A stretch of 63,517 nucleotides of DNA, counting the filler, from Octopus bimaculoides (Eukaryota): assembly GCF_001194135.2 (NCBI RefSeq). It is 5 parts of 5 records of this genome, joined end to end, with 100 filler letters (N's around TTAATTAATTAA, not from the genome) between each part and the next. Parts side by side here need not be neighbours in the genome. Positions count along the whole stretch, not along the records: positions 29,204 to 39,989 come from NC_068981.1; positions 40,090 to 59,030 come from NC_068983.1; 3 more parts are not named here. One strand, given 5' to 3'. A program made the translations under genes and the position numbers. Each line of letters opens with the position of its first letter. Within the stretch, counting starts at the first letter, position 1. The notes beneath the pieces are model-generated. The model saw nothing but the letters and a program-made list of their open reading frames with translations. It did no database searches and was not told the origin of the DNA. Below are positions 37,728 to 51,836 of this stretch, piece after piece.

Positions 37728-39948
37728 CCAAATTTTTGTTCTTTAAAAACCTTTATAAAGAGGTATTTCACTCGAGATATCAAGATGAATTAAATATTTC
37801 AAATGTAACATTTCGTTGTCTTTGATATTCTATTCTTATTGGTATTCAATGTTCCAACCGCATTACCAAAACTTTCCACAGCACACTGTTTTCTAGATTT
37901 TTAATATATTTTATTTTATCTGTTCTCAGTTTAAATATGATTGGGGGTCAATTTCGTGTCCTTCCTTAACAGACCTTTCACTCTCTGGATCACATTAGAA
38001 ATTTTCCTTTTCTCCCAGCTGCAGTATACGTTTATGAAATGCTCACTTTTCATAAACGGTGTACTGCAGTTGGGGTCGAGAAGATAAATATCAGTTGAAC
38101 AACAACAACAACAGCAATAAAATATCTACTCTGAATTAAGGAAAAAAACAAAAAACAAAACAAAACGAAAACAAGCAAATTTGAAAAGTAAGCAAACTTT
38201 TCAAGTAGTGTTATGAAAAATAAGCGAAAATATTTGTTACTGAGAACCATAATGCTGACTAAATTCAGAATGCTATCATCATATAAATATTTACAAAGCC
38301 ATTTCCAGAAAGAATATCAATTCCTATGCCTCTCCAAAGTCAACTAAAAAGAATGAACTTTTTTTCTTCTTAGAATGCCAAATTCATTTGGTCATGAGAC
38401 AGCTACAGATAAAATACTTTCAGTAAACCTACGCAGATTCTTACAGATACTGTTTCAGGATATTCTCAAAGACATTAACCGTTTTGGTGAATATGTTTAA
38501 TAGCTAACATTACTAGTAGATTATTTTTGTGTGTTCCCGAGAAATAGTTTTAAACTAAACAATAATTAAAAGATAAAAAAGAAAGAAAATAAAGAACAAG
38601 AAACAAGAAATTACTTCAAGTACAAAATGCATATCTAACGCATGACTTAAGATTACACAAGTTAGCAAGGTCTGGGTCTCATATATGCACACGTACACAC
38701 ATATATTGATACTCACTTGCACACGAGTACACATATATTTGTATACGTATACAAACATAATCACTAGTGCATATATACACATATAAACACGCATCTTTTG
38801 ATATATATGCTGAACATGTTATTCAAATAACAGTGGCGAATGTTTCTGCATATTACACCTTGTTTATTTACCTGTTTATTGAAGTAAGGCTAATGCACCA
38901 AAACTAAATATAACTATCACTTGAAGTACGTTCTTAAATTGCTGCCACACCCACTTCGTAACACATTGCCCTTCTCGGGTCACTTCATTTGTTTTGCATC
39001 GTTTCTTGTATTTAGCTTCCTTTGCGTCCTTCTGAACCTTATCTAACATTTTTGGTTTTATTTCTCTGGCGAAGTACAGCGTTCACGCAGACATACCAGT
39101 AGCAGCATTAGCAGTAGTAAAGTAGAAATGGTACAGCTGCTTCGACTAACATATTAGTAAATTTAATATGGTACCAAAGGAAGATGAATGATAGAAATTT
39201 TGGGGCATGGAGAAATGCCTTGCAGTAATTAGTTACAACCTTCTACATTCCCAGTTCATACAGCCCCGAGGTGTTCTCTGTCTTTCAGTTAATTATATAA
39301 GCACCAACAAAGTAAATTTAATCGATTTACATTCCGATCCTTCTTTCCAACCCTGTTTCTGATCTCACCATATAGATATACAAGAAATCAATATTGTATA
39401 ATATTATAGCAACAGAGTGGCAGAAACGGTAGAAAACTGGTCAATAAATGCCTAACAACTATTCGTTTCATTTTGTGTTCAAATCTCACTTTCAGCTCAC
39501 AAGTCAAAATGCGCAGAAATGAAAATTGGCCCACCCTTGATGAATCGAGCGTAGTACCTCCTGGGGTTAATAAAAAATATGTATCCTTTACTAAGAGGTG
39601 AAGGATGAGTGCACATACTAGGCTTGGTGACAGCTAATGAGTAAAGGAAAGCTACACGCGCTCAGTGAGAGAAAGAATCACAGAGACGGGAGGAGAGAGA
39701 CTAAATGCTAGAGGAGAATAAATAAATGCTTGATTGACGGTTACTAAACATCATTATAAGAGATTTCTGTCCTAATTTCCCAAGAGTATTACGTTATTAA
39801 ATTATAAAGCAAGCATCGAAGAAAATAAGATCTTCGTTATAAAAAAGAGAAAGCTACGTGTAGAAATGATTGCAAATTGGCAATTCTTAGTTTAGTTTCC
39901 GCTATAAGATGCAATACATTAATAGTTGAGTGCTTGCGTATCAATTGT

Positions 39949-39989
<41 letters not shown>

Positions 39990-40089
39990 NNNNNNNNNNN
40001 NNNNNNNNNNNNNNNNNNNNNNNNNNNNNNNNNTTAATTAATTAANNNNNNNNNNNNNNNNNNNNNNNNNNNNNNNNNNNNNNNNNNNN
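39990..40089. other. Artificial scaffold-join spacer
   Basis: 44N-TTAATTAATTAA-44N. Confidence 0.95.
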
Positions 40090-40109
40090 ATATATATATA
40101 CATATACAT

Positions 40110-40147
<38 letters not shown>

Positions 40148-41520
40148 CATGTATTATAGATAGATGCGCAAAGTGTATAATTGTATAAGTATGTATTAAT
40201 TGTTATTACTCTATAGAGTAAGACTACATTTAACAAGATTTTTGATGTCATGCTCACATACTATGGTGACAAAAGCAAGACTCCTCACTGTCACATATAA
40301 CCCAACTATTGGAACAAATCATCTGAACTTCTTTGTAGTATATTAGAAATTGTGTGTATATATTTGTGCTTTCAAACAATGATTACGTTAATGTTTTTAA
40401 ATTTTGGCTCAAGGCTAATAATTTTGGAGGTAGACGTGTAATCATCTTCATGAATTTCAGTACATGATTTGTAATGTAATTTAGCGATCCCGAAAAGAGC
40501 AAAGTGTAAGTTGATATGGGTGTGATTTGAAGTCTGGTTACAAAGGGTCAAAAGAGATGCCACCAAGCATTTTCCCGAGGCCGCTGGCTCCTCCGAGATT
40601 TTGTCGTAGCCCTTAGTTTTTTTGAGGTCATTAAGATATTCCAATTCATGATTCTTTTGAGATTTATTTTAACTCAGCATCTATTCTTTGTTTTTTTTTT
40701 TTTTTTTTCAAATTCTTCTAGCAGATCTTAATTGCATGTAGGTTTACATCGGTGTAATCCTTGTAGCTTCACTAACACCACACATATGTTTGTGTGCTTG
40801 CTTGATCAGTATGGAGGAGCAGTGCTTATGATATTTGTCGTCTCTCTGAAGTCGATGAGTGTCATGCCATTGACGAACCTCTTCAAATATTGTAATTCAA
40901 CCACTGCGGGAACACATAACCGGCGGGAAACTATTGGGGCTTCACTTTCTGGAAAATACAGATTAAGCTTATAGATTAGTGTGATCTTTGAAGTCGGTAT
41001 TGGATTGAACAAGTGTGATCAGTTGAGGAGTGATGCAGAAAAAGGGAATGACTGAAGTGATGTTTCACGAACTCAGGGTGCTCGAACGTGTAGAATAACT
41101 GTAGAAATGGACGAGAAACTGGTATGTTTGCTAGAATTACCGAAACATAATATCGTACTCTTAACGTTAATCTCCACAAACGAGCCATCGCTCATTTACA
41201 AGATTAGACAGAAATTAATTTAACTTAATTAACATTTTAAAACAGCGAAAACACCCAACTGCAGACATTAGTAGAACTGTGAATTATTTGATGATGTGAA
41301 ATAGTTTTCTTGACTTACTTAACAACAGAGAGCACTGCATTAAACTAGTTTAAAATCATTTCCTATATTTTAAGTCTTCATATCTCATTGCATTTTTTTG
41401 CTTTTGTATTCTTTCTATGTCTCACCGTATTTCTTTAATATTTCTATTCATTATCTCCAACTTTCAACCCAACCTTTTCCATTATTTTTCATCGCATTCC
41501 TTCCTACTTTTCTTCTTCGT

Positions 41521-41526
41521 CTACTG

Positions 41527-41588
<62 letters not shown>
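41521..41588 (+). repeat. (CTA)n microsatellite
   Basis: Direct reading. Explains the poly-L and poly-Y ORFs. Confidence 0.95.
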
Positions 41589-41590
<2 letters not shown>

Positions 41591-43380
41591 GTTTCTTCAC
41601 CTTCTTCTCCTTTGTCGTCTTCTTTGTCTTCTTCGTTTTCGTATTTGACTTCTCATCCTAATATTCCTAATTCATCTTCTCTTTTTTCTTCACATTTTAC
41701 ATGGTTTCTTCCTTATTTTCAAACATTATATTCGTGTTATTTTTAGCTTACGCATCATGAAACAAATTACACACAAACACGCACACTCATAGGCACCACA
41801 CATACAAAGGTACATAGACACACATACACATACATAGGCACACACAGACACAAACATAGAGTAAGACAAACGTACAAGTATTTCTGCTGTCACGCATCAA
41901 TACACAAACGCGTTACAGAAGAAATTCGGAGAGAACAAGCTAAATGTTGTGACAGAAGGTGGTGACTGTCTATAGTCTTTATATAAATCTATATTTCTCT
42001 CGATGTTTCGATTGAATAATAGAGAATACATCTTATACAAAAGAAAAAAGTAGCTTTTACATAATAATTGCATCCTTTCCTATAATTATCGAAGATTCTC
42101 TCTCCAGATTGTTGCATCTTCGCGTTCGTGGTAGAGCTTAATATATATATCCTGTTCTACCTTTATGTTTCACGCTAATTCGATCACTTTTACAATTCTA
42201 GATCCACGCATACACACTTCTGAGTGGTAGAGAACTGAACCTAAATTGTACTGAAAACATGTGACAAATTCCAGCCCGAACATAACATCAGATCATAGGA
42301 ATCGGATCTCTGATCTGATTTATCTTGGCGCACACTGACAGTAGCGCAGCCATATTTATTCTGTGGCACAAGAAAGAAAGCTAGTGATAAAGGTTAAACC
42401 TCGATTAAATAACCACAACAGGACAACCTTTAGGCATGCAAAAACTGAAAGCAGTGGGTGCAACATAAAGACAGTTTAAGCGAACATATGGATAACGTTA
42501 GGCTTTCCCGTGTCTCTCTGTCTGTCTCTCTGTATCTATGTATTTATGTCTCTATGTATGTGTCCATGTGTGTATATAAAGGTGTATATAAAGGTGTGCA
42601 AGATTTTAAGCAAGTATATGTGTATGTGGAAATTATATATGACAATGAATACAGACTCCCAAACAATTTCTTTCTGCTTAAGGAGTAATATATTTTACAC
42701 ATTCATTTACAGCATCCCAGAGGATGCAAACGAACACAGCTAGTGGCATGTGTGTTCCGAATATATTTTTTCCATGATATAGGCTTTGCCAGGAAAGCCT
42801 TCTAAACATCTATTCCTTAAAAAAGAAGAAATACTCTAAGAATTGACAGAATGAAAGTTCTATTATTGATATCTTCAGGCTTTCTTCTCTCTTTCAGATA
42901 TTTGCAAGTGTGCGTGTTTCAATTTGTATTTCCATATCATCTTATGCCTTTTCATTCCAAATTAATACAGCACTGCTCAGAATATAAGAAAGAAAAAAAT
43001 ATTATATTGTAGTTTCTGGTGCATACATATTGTGGTATTGCTTTGTACTTACTAGATTCATTCTCTAAACGCATATCATGCTCGGCAATGAAAATGTTAT
43101 CATCATCATGATCATCATAATCTTGATAATCTTCATATATATTTATATATATATGTGTGTGTGTATATATGTATATGGATATGTTTGCATTTATATATAT
43201 NNNNNNNNNNNNNNNNNNNNNNNNNNNNNNNNNNNNNNNNNNNNNNNNNNNNNNNNNNNNNNNNNNNNNNNNNNNNNNNNNNNNNNNNNNNNNNNNNNNN
43301 NNNNNNNNNNNNNNNNNNNNNNNNNNNNNNNNNNNNNNNNNNNNNNNNTATATATGCAAACATATCCATAGATAGACAGG

Positions 43381-43429
<49 letters not shown>

Positions 43430-43782
43430 GTACGCACACATGTATTTATGAATAAAAAATTCACCACGGAGATTAATTACTTAGGAATGTTTTCCGAGAA
43501 AACAACTATAAAGTTATTTGTTACATCATTAAATAATAATATATTAATTATTGCGCAAGCACGCATATATTTTGTTCCGATTAAACCTTTTCAGTGAACC
43601 AGAAAATAAAAAAAAGATAATTGCTGATAAACGAATGTGGAAATTGCTTTATTGCTGTATATTATTGGACACAAGTAGGCGTGAAATGTTAAAAATACAT
43701 TACAAATAAATCACTTATCAGACCTCCCCACCTAAATACCTAGAACTATATAAACAATTAGATTGATCGATACATACATACA

Positions 43783-43816
<34 letters not shown>

Positions 43817-44005
43817 TCAAATAGGTAGGTAGATTGATAGATACATAGCTAGATACGGCTTGGCACTTGTCGCAACGCCACTCGCTTCTTGAGATGAGTG
43901 AACTGAGTGAACTGTCTTGCTCCCCTGTCCGGGAACCGATCTCACATCACAGTTGTGAGCCCGACGATTTAACCACTGATCTTTGCACCTTCACACACAC
44001 ATCTA

Positions 44006-44044
<39 letters not shown>

Positions 44045-44255
44045 NNNNNNNNNNNNNNNNNNNNNNNNNNNNNNNNNNNNNNNNNNNNNNNNNNNNNNNN
44101 NNNNNNNNNNNNNNNNNNNNNNNNNNNNNNNNNNNNNNNNNNNNNNNNNNNNNNNNNNNNNNNNNNNNNNNNNNNNNNNNNNNNNNNNNNNNNNNNNNNN
44201 NNNNNNNNNNNNNNNNNNNNNNNNNNNNNNNNNNNNNNNNNNNNNNNNNNNNNNN

Positions 44256-44293
<38 letters not shown>

Positions 44294-44896
44294 GAGAGAG
44301 AGAGAGGAGTGAGAGAAAGAGAAGTGAGAGACCAAAAGAGAAAGTAGAAAGTGAACGCATAGTGAACTGAACACTTTGCATTCAGAAAACAGCATATATT
44401 TCTATTTTATTTATTTAAAAAAACATATATCTCTAATGTTTTGACATTTTGAACAACTCCAGGCTAAAAGCACTAGAAATGTCTTAAAATAGAACTCTAA
44501 AGTCAAGAAGTATCTGCGATCTAGAGAACAAAATTGCAATCAGATATTCCAAAGAGTTACACAGAGATTAAAGAAATGGAATTATGCTTAGAAAATATCA
44601 CGCTTTCAAAAGTGAAGAGTTGAAAATTTAACTCTATCAATAGTTTTATCTAGAGTTGTTTTAGTTGCCTCTTCCTTTCGCAATAAGTTTATTGAAACTT
44701 TAGTTTTCGAATGGAGATTATCTTGGGTGTGGTTCAAGTATTTATCTCCTACTGATTGTTTCGTAAGATCAAATCACATGCTGACGTATAATTTTTTTTT
44801 ACTTCAGAAAATTATTTCGTAATGGTCTGATGATTCGATATAGAGGACGTTAACCCAGTGAGGTCTCACTCTTTATTCCACATTACACATACATTT

Positions 44897-45060
44897 GCGC
44901 AGGCGTAGCTGTGTGGTAAATAGCTTGTTTCTCAACCACCTCGACCTGGATTCAGTTCCACTGCGTGATAAATTGTTCAGATGCCTTTTACATTAGCCTC
45001 GTACCGAACAAATCGTTGTAAGAGCATTTGGTAGACGGGAAATGAAAGAAACACGTCGCA
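44897..45060 (+). mobile_element. SINE family A, 5' half, degenerate
   Basis: gcgcaggcgtagctgtgtggtaaatagcttg..cagttccactgcgtg..atttggtagacgg. Confidence 0.7.
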
Positions 45061-45087
45061 CATGTATGTATGTATGTATGTATATAT

Positions 45088-45127
<40 letters not shown>

Positions 45128-45189
45128 TGAGAGGGGAGAGTGAGGGAGATTGACTAGTGAGCAAAAGTGTACGTATATGTATATTGAAG

Positions 45190-45400
45190 AGATGGAACAA
45201 GAACGTAACAGGCGACTACAAAACATTCGCCAAGCCTGACCTCTTCTCTTTATTGGTTCGACTACCATCCGTGTAGCATCTCTAATATTCCTTTCCATGA
45301 CCTTTCATCTTTCATGTTCCAGCCGTAAGGCTTCACTTCCATACATGCCAGCCTCAATTAATTCGTCCTTAGTCGAAAGACACCTGTTGTTAATGTCGTC
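45190..45400 (-). mobile_element. Degenerate LINE post-RT fragment
   Basis: AGMYGSEALRLEHER*KVMERNI resembles xMLYGSETW..ERxM. Confidence 0.35.
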
Positions 45401-45710
45401 CTGTGTGTATATGTAATTGTGTGGCATTTCTCCGGTTTTTGCGTCCTTGTTTTTGTATACATTCGCTTGCTTTCTTCGAAAACAATCTATTGCTCTTAGC
45501 TTAGATTTTCTTGGGGCCGGCCATTTTTAAGCAGTCTCGAGAGTAACTAGCCGAAACTGCAACGACGATCTGGATTTCAACTAAAGTTAGAAAGCTCATA
45601 ACGACCCATCCTTGTTTTGTCCTGTCTTTTTTCTTTGTATCGTCTAACTGTCTGGATGTTTTCTTGTCGAATGTTACTTTCTTGTTCCACTTTTGTTTTG
45701 TCTCTCTCTC

Positions 45711-45757
<47 letters not shown>

Positions 45758-45884
45758 CTGTNNNNNNNNNNNNNNNNNNNNNNNNNNNNNNNNNNNNNNN
45801 NNNNNNNNNNNNNNNNNNNNNNNNNNNNNNNNNNNNNNNNNNNNNNNNNNNNNNNNNNNNNNNNNNNNNNNNNNNNNNNNNNNN

Positions 45885-45921
<37 letters not shown>

Positions 45922-47077
45922 TACTACTTACTACTTACTACCGAGCCTTCACAAATGTAAGAGAGTAAGAGAAAGAGAGAGAAGGCAAAAACATTTAATT
46001 TAATTTTTTAACAATTTAATTGTTTTTCATGCATTATTCTCAGTTGAAGAAGTCGCAGGACTGAAACCGGTACTATAATGTTTTGCATGATAAAAATATT
46101 ACCTCTTGGTATTAACAGTATCTCTATTATAAATGTATAAAGCATGAAGTATCCGAACATCTACGAACAAAAACTTTACCCGAAAGGCTCATATTTGTAA
46201 AAAATTCAAGCATTTACATTATAAACTACCTTTTCTGGTTCTAGATAGATTCTTCTTAGTAAATGTGCTTTTAGTTTTGCATTACGTCCACTAAAGTGCA
46301 TATTATACATGAAATCAATTAACAAATAGAATTATTTGAAATAACAGGGGATAATATTTGTTATTTTCTTATTCACTAGTTTACTAGTCTCGCTAAAATA
46401 TATTTTTAGTAATATACATATATAAACATGTTACAGTACTTTAAAGATTCTGGTTCAGGAATTCTAAATTGGAAAAATATCTAAATATATAATTCGATAT
46501 TGATTTCATTATGTTTTTTTTTTCTCTTTCGGGAGTTTATATAATGTTCACAAACGTTAAAACTATGTATTTTCAGTTCAAATTAAATGAACTTCAACAA
46601 AAGGTTAAAACACCATTTCTATACACGCTTTTGTGTTTTTAAGTGCATTTGTGTGATTGTGCATTTGGGTGATTATGTGTGTGTGAATTTGTGTTCTGTG
46701 GATTCAAAGATTTGCGTTTGTGAGCAAAGCACTTAATTTCAGTCCAATCAACTGGTAAAAATGAATAAACCTGCGAGCGCCAGGTATTTCGTCCTGCCAA
46801 GGAATTTATATCCCACAGAATACAGGAAAACGTTCTGATTATTTTGTCTCTATGGAAGGCCATTTGATCCCCTGTGTTTTATATACATTGATATATACAT
46901 ATATATGTATATAGGCATATACGCACTCATATATATATATATATATATTTGAGTGCGTATATGCTTATATATACAGTAATGCCTCGCCATATCGCTTTTT
47001 ATTATCTAAGGTTACGTCGATTCCATTAAGGCGTTGTTTTGCATTTATGATAATATGATAAAATAAATATCTACAAA

Positions 47078-47600
47078 CTAGTTAGTGTGCTCGTACCGTC
47101 AGAAGTGACGGCAAGAAAATGATACGGGGAGTAAAAATAAAAATAAAAGATTATAAACTTCACCGTAGAAATTGCTAGTGAAAACCCTATCACCAATGAG
47201 TTCACCTTGTTTTCGATGCTCTTTTACCAACGTTTTAATATTATTACTGCTTCTACTTCTACTCAATGCAACATAATATTGTCCATGACTGAATACTGCT
47301 GATATTAGTATGATGCCAAAATTATTGAAGCTCTGCACTTGTGATTTGTTTATAGTCATTGCAAATTCTTTGATAATAGGAAACTATCGTCTAATCATAC
47401 TAAAGGGATGGTTGTCTCACTGAGAAGGAGGTTGATACGCGGAATAAAGACCTCTTTTCTTTTCTTACTTCCATTTAGTATTTTTCCATGAACGAAAAAA
47501 ATCCTTGATGGACAGCACTAAGATACGTGTCTCATTGAGTAAACCTCTTATTGGGTTAGACTAAAATTATCAGTGATCTAATGACAAACACTACATACCG
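47078..47600 (-). mobile_element. Helitron 3' portion: PIF1-like helicase remnant plus canonical terminus
   Basis: Minus strand RGLLNETRIL..EVFIPRINL..PFSMIRR*FP..FAMTINKSQVQSF..VFSHGQYYVALSR. Then hairpin CCGTCA-CTTC-TGACGG (47096-47111) and CTAG|T (47078-47081). Confidence 0.9.
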
Positions 47601-47900
47601 TAAATATACATATATATGTATATTGGAACCGAAATATTAGAGCAACCGGTCTTCGTAAAATGTAAACAAAACATTTCACCTGTGCAATGATTCTTCTGAG
47701 TATCTTCTAATCCTGTTTTGTAGGTAATCTTTTGCTGGTATATATAATCTAGTAGGATGTGCTGGACATGATAGTATAAACAGCGTGTACATAACTTTTC
47801 TTTTCAATGATAATACTGTCAATATATATTTCAAGAAGAACCATTCCCAGAGTCTTATGTTGGAAGAGATAATATATATTTGATTGTTTCCTTCATTACG

Positions 47901-47932
<32 letters not shown>

Positions 47933-48459
47933 NNNNNNNNNNNNNNNNNNNNNNNNNNNNNNNNNNNNNNNNNNNNNNNNNNNNNNNNNNNNNNNNNNNN
48001 NNNNNNNNNNNNNNNNNNNNNNNNNNNNNNNNNNNNNNNNNNNNNNNNNNNNNNNNNNNNNNNNNNNNNNNNNNNNNNNNNNNNNNNNNNNNNNNNNNNN
48101 NNNNNNNNNNNNNNNNNNNNNNNNNNNNNNNNNNNNNNNNNNNNNNNNNNNNNNNNNNNNNNNNNNNNNNNNNNNNNNNNNNNNNNNNNNNNNNNNNNNN
48201 NNNNNNNNNNNNNNNNNNNNNNNNNNNNNNNNNNNNNNNNNNNNNNNNNNNNNNNNNNNNNNNNNNNNTGTATATATATGTATATATATATATGTATATA
48301 TGTGTATATAAAAGAGACTAGTAAGTTGACTGCTAATGTGCTAGAAGATCACTTAAACATTCTCAAAGAAAATTCAGTGGAGCAAAAGTAAATTGATATT
48401 AATTAATATCAAATTTTTTACCCTATTATGTTATATATATATAGTTGAAATTTATAGGA

Positions 48460-48560
48460 AAACAAAAGACGAAAACAAGTGTATAAACAAGAAGCATGTG
48501 TATTTACGTTTCGAGCCTACGCCCTTCAACAGAATGTAATACGAGGAAATAAATAGACGG
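48460..48560 (-). repeat. PLE-terminus-like repeat with minimal hammerhead-like motif (best copy, 48502-48535)
   Basis: Minus: att-CTGTTGA-A-GGGC-GTAG-GCTC-GAAA-CGT-A-aat. Confidence 0.55.
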
Positions 48561-49297
48561 ATAATAAAAACCAAAGAAACCTTTTGGACTTAGCGGTTAA
48601 TCATGGTAACTGGCTAGCCGAAGGTGGTTAGACAGGGGTGTTAGGAAAAAGGGGAGATAATAAAGTATTGGTGATCCCAAAGCGAATGTGCGCGTGAGTG
48701 TGTGTATGTGCGAGTGTGTTGTGCGACGTGGCATGATGTGGTGTTGTGATGTATGGTTTAGTGGTGTTGGGGTGGAGAGGTGTGAGGGTGGAGTGTGGAT
48801 TTGATGTGAGGATGTGGGGGTAGGAGTGGGCTATGTGGGAGTAGGTTGTGTGGAGAGCCGGGTGTTGATGGAGGGAGTATCGATGAAAGGAGAAGGTGAG
48901 TGATAGCAAAGAGAGGAAGTAGGTGTTAGACCCAGGGAAGAGATATAGACATATACATACATACATATCTATATATTTGTTTGTGTGTGTGTGCGTGTAT
49001 GTGTGTATAAATAGGTGTGCGTGTGCATAATATACACAATGAGAAAAATCTGAGCACACTCCCACACTTCATCTATATCGTAGTAATATACTCTCACTTC
49101 AACTCCTTAATTAACTGTAGACACAACAATCTCTTTACAACGTCCCCTCTCTCATTGATATTACTTTCTCTCATTCCTTCTTTCATGGCTATTACCCTCC
49201 CTACTCTCTTTCATTGAATCACTTTTCTCTCTTTTCTCCCTTCACTTATACTACACTTACTCTCATTCCACCCACCGCCTGGTTTTAGACATATATA

Positions 49298-49347
<50 letters not shown>

Positions 49348-49900
49348 CATNNNNNNNNNNNNNNNNNNNNNNNNNNNNNNNNNNNNNNNNNNNNNNNNNN
49401 NNNNNNNNNNNNNNNNNNNNNNNNNNNNNNNNNNNNNNNNNNNNNNNNNNNNNNNNNNNNNNNNNNNNNNNNNNNNNNNNNNNNNNNNNNNNNNNNNNNN
49501 NNNNNNNNNNNNNNNNNNNNNNNNNNNNNNNNNNNNNNNNNNNNNNNNNNNNNNNNNNNNNNNNNNNNNNNNNNNNNNNNNNNNNNNNNNNNNNNNNNNN
49601 NNNNNNNNNNNNNNNNNNNNNNNNNNNNNNNNNNNNNNNNNNNNNNNNNNNNNNNNNNNNNNNNNNNNNNNNNNNNNNNNNNNNNNNNNNNNNNNNNNNN
49701 NNNNNNNNNNNNNNNNNNNNNNNNNNNNNNNNNNNNNNNNNNNNNNNNNNNNNNNNNNNNNNNNNNNNNNNNNNNNNNNNNNNNNNNNNNNNNNNNNNNN
49801 NNNNNNNNNNNNNNNNNNNNNNNNNNNNNNNNNNNNNNNNNNNNNNNNNNNNNNNNNNNNNNNNNNNNNNNNNNNNNNNNNNNNNNNNNNNNNNNNNNNN

Positions 49901-51462
49901 GGGCCCCTGAATCCCAAGCTGTTGCAGTAACTGGTCCTGAAGCGCGATGGCATTGCTGGGATCTTTGGCACTATGCAGTGTCGTCCCGTTCTGGCATTGG
50001 TGTAGTTTTCAATGCCAACATTTTGCATAATTCCTTCCAGGATCTTCCAGATGTATATTACCGCATACTTCTCCCGCCTTCTCTCCAGGGAGTAGAGTCT
50101 TAGCTGTTTCAGCCTTTCCCAGTAGCTGAGCAGTTGCAAAGAGACAATCTTCTTTGTGAATCTCCTCTGGATTGCTTCAAGGTCTGCTGTTAATTTCACA
50201 CTGCTGGGTGACCACAGCTGTGAGCAGTAATCCAGGCGGCTGAGGACGAATGTCCTCCAGAAGATCATCATGGTTTCCTTATCTCTGGTTCTGAATGTTC
50301 TCAGGATCTATCCAGCCAATCGTCTGCACTTTGTTGCCATTCTGGAAATGTGCACTTGGAAAGAGGTATCATCACTCATGTCAATACTCCGGTCTCTCAC
50401 TGATTTAGGCTCTGGGATTGAAATTGACTGTGGACCAGTGTACTCTGTAAATTTCATATTCAGTTTGGACGTTGGTAGCGCAGGGCTTGGAAGTTTTCAG
50501 CACTAAACTGCATATTATTGTCCTCAGCCCATCTGTAAACTGAGTCCAATTCCTGCTGCAGGTGTGCAACATCACTGGAGTTCTGTATTTTCTGCGAGAC
50601 TTTTGCATCGTCTGCGTATAGCTTGCAAGAGTGGCTATCCGGGCACTTGAAGGCATATCTGAGAGAGCGACTATAAAAAGCAATGGTCCCAAGACAGAGC
50701 CCTGTGGAACACCGCTCATTATTTGTGTTTTCATAGAGATAGCTCCATTAGCCACTACTGCCTGACTTCTATCTTTCAGAAAGTCATGTAACCANNNNNN
50801 NNNNNNNNNNNNNNNNNNNNNNNNNNNNNNNNNNNNNNNNNNNNNNNNNNNNNNNNNNNNNNNNNNNNNNNNNNNNNNNNNNNNNNNNNNNNNNNNNNNN
50901 NNNNNNNNNNNNNNNNNNNNNNNNNNNNNNNNNNNNNNNNNNNNNNNNNNNNNNNNNNNNNNNNNNNNNNNNNNNNNNNNNNNNNNNNNNNNNNNNNNNN
51001 NNNNNNNNNNNNNNNNNNNNNNNNNNNNNNNNNNNNNNNNNNNNNNNNNNNNNNNNNNNNNNNNNNNNNNNNNNNNNNNNNNNNNNNNNNNNNNNNNNNN
51101 NNNNNNNNNNNNNNNNNNNNNNNNNNNNNNNNNNNNNNNNNNNNNNNNNNNNNNNNNNNNNAATGTTGATGTATTCCATCGTAACTGCCTCACTGGTTAT
51201 AGGGGAGGTAGCAAAGAAGTCCACTGGTTTGCTCACTTGTCTGTGCTCCAATGGAGTGGTGAAGACACTTTTGAATTGCTCATTCAGTACCTCACTGATC
51301 CTAGTTGGACGACTGTTTGTGAGGGAGCCATCCTTTTCGAAGAGGGGTCTAATCTTGCAGCGTACTGAGGCTGTTTCTTTTGCGTAATGAAAGAAGGCCT
51401 TTGGGTTTGACTTAATGTTTTTTTATAACCCAGGCTTCTTTGTCTGCTCTCTCCTTCACATA
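49901..51462 (-). mobile_element. CR1/L2-group LINE ORF2 pseudogene (gapped)
   Basis: NIKSNPKAFFHYAK..VLNEQFKSVFT; SGVPQGSVLGPLLF; YADD interrupted by a 2-bp insertion; SRLDYCSQLWSP..LEAIQRRFTK..YWERLKQLRLYSLERRRE. Confidence 0.92.
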
Positions 51463-51647
51463 NNNNNNNNNNNNNNNNNNNNNNNNNNNNNNNNNNNNNN
51501 NNNNNNNNNNNNNNNNNNNNNNNNNNNNNNNNNNNNNNNNNNNNNNNNNNNNNNNNNNNNNNNNNNNNNNNNNNNNNNNNNNNNNNNNNNNNNNNNNNNN
51601 NNNNNNNNNNNNNNNNNNNNNNNNNNNNNNNNNNNNNNNNNNNNNNN

Positions 51648-51679
<32 letters not shown>

Positions 51680-51836
51680 AATATATAAAAGCACTACGCC
51701 TATTATTATATTAGATTATGAAAATAATAAAAGAATATGCAGTATTGTTTCTACTTCGCGGATCTTCACCTCTCGCGGGTGTTTTGGAACGTTACACCCG
51801 CGACATTCGCGAGATTACTATATATCAAATATAATA

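Noticed and set aside
45530-45565. ..aactagccGAAActgca as a hammerhead half
   Set aside because: The CUGANGA half is not recognisable.
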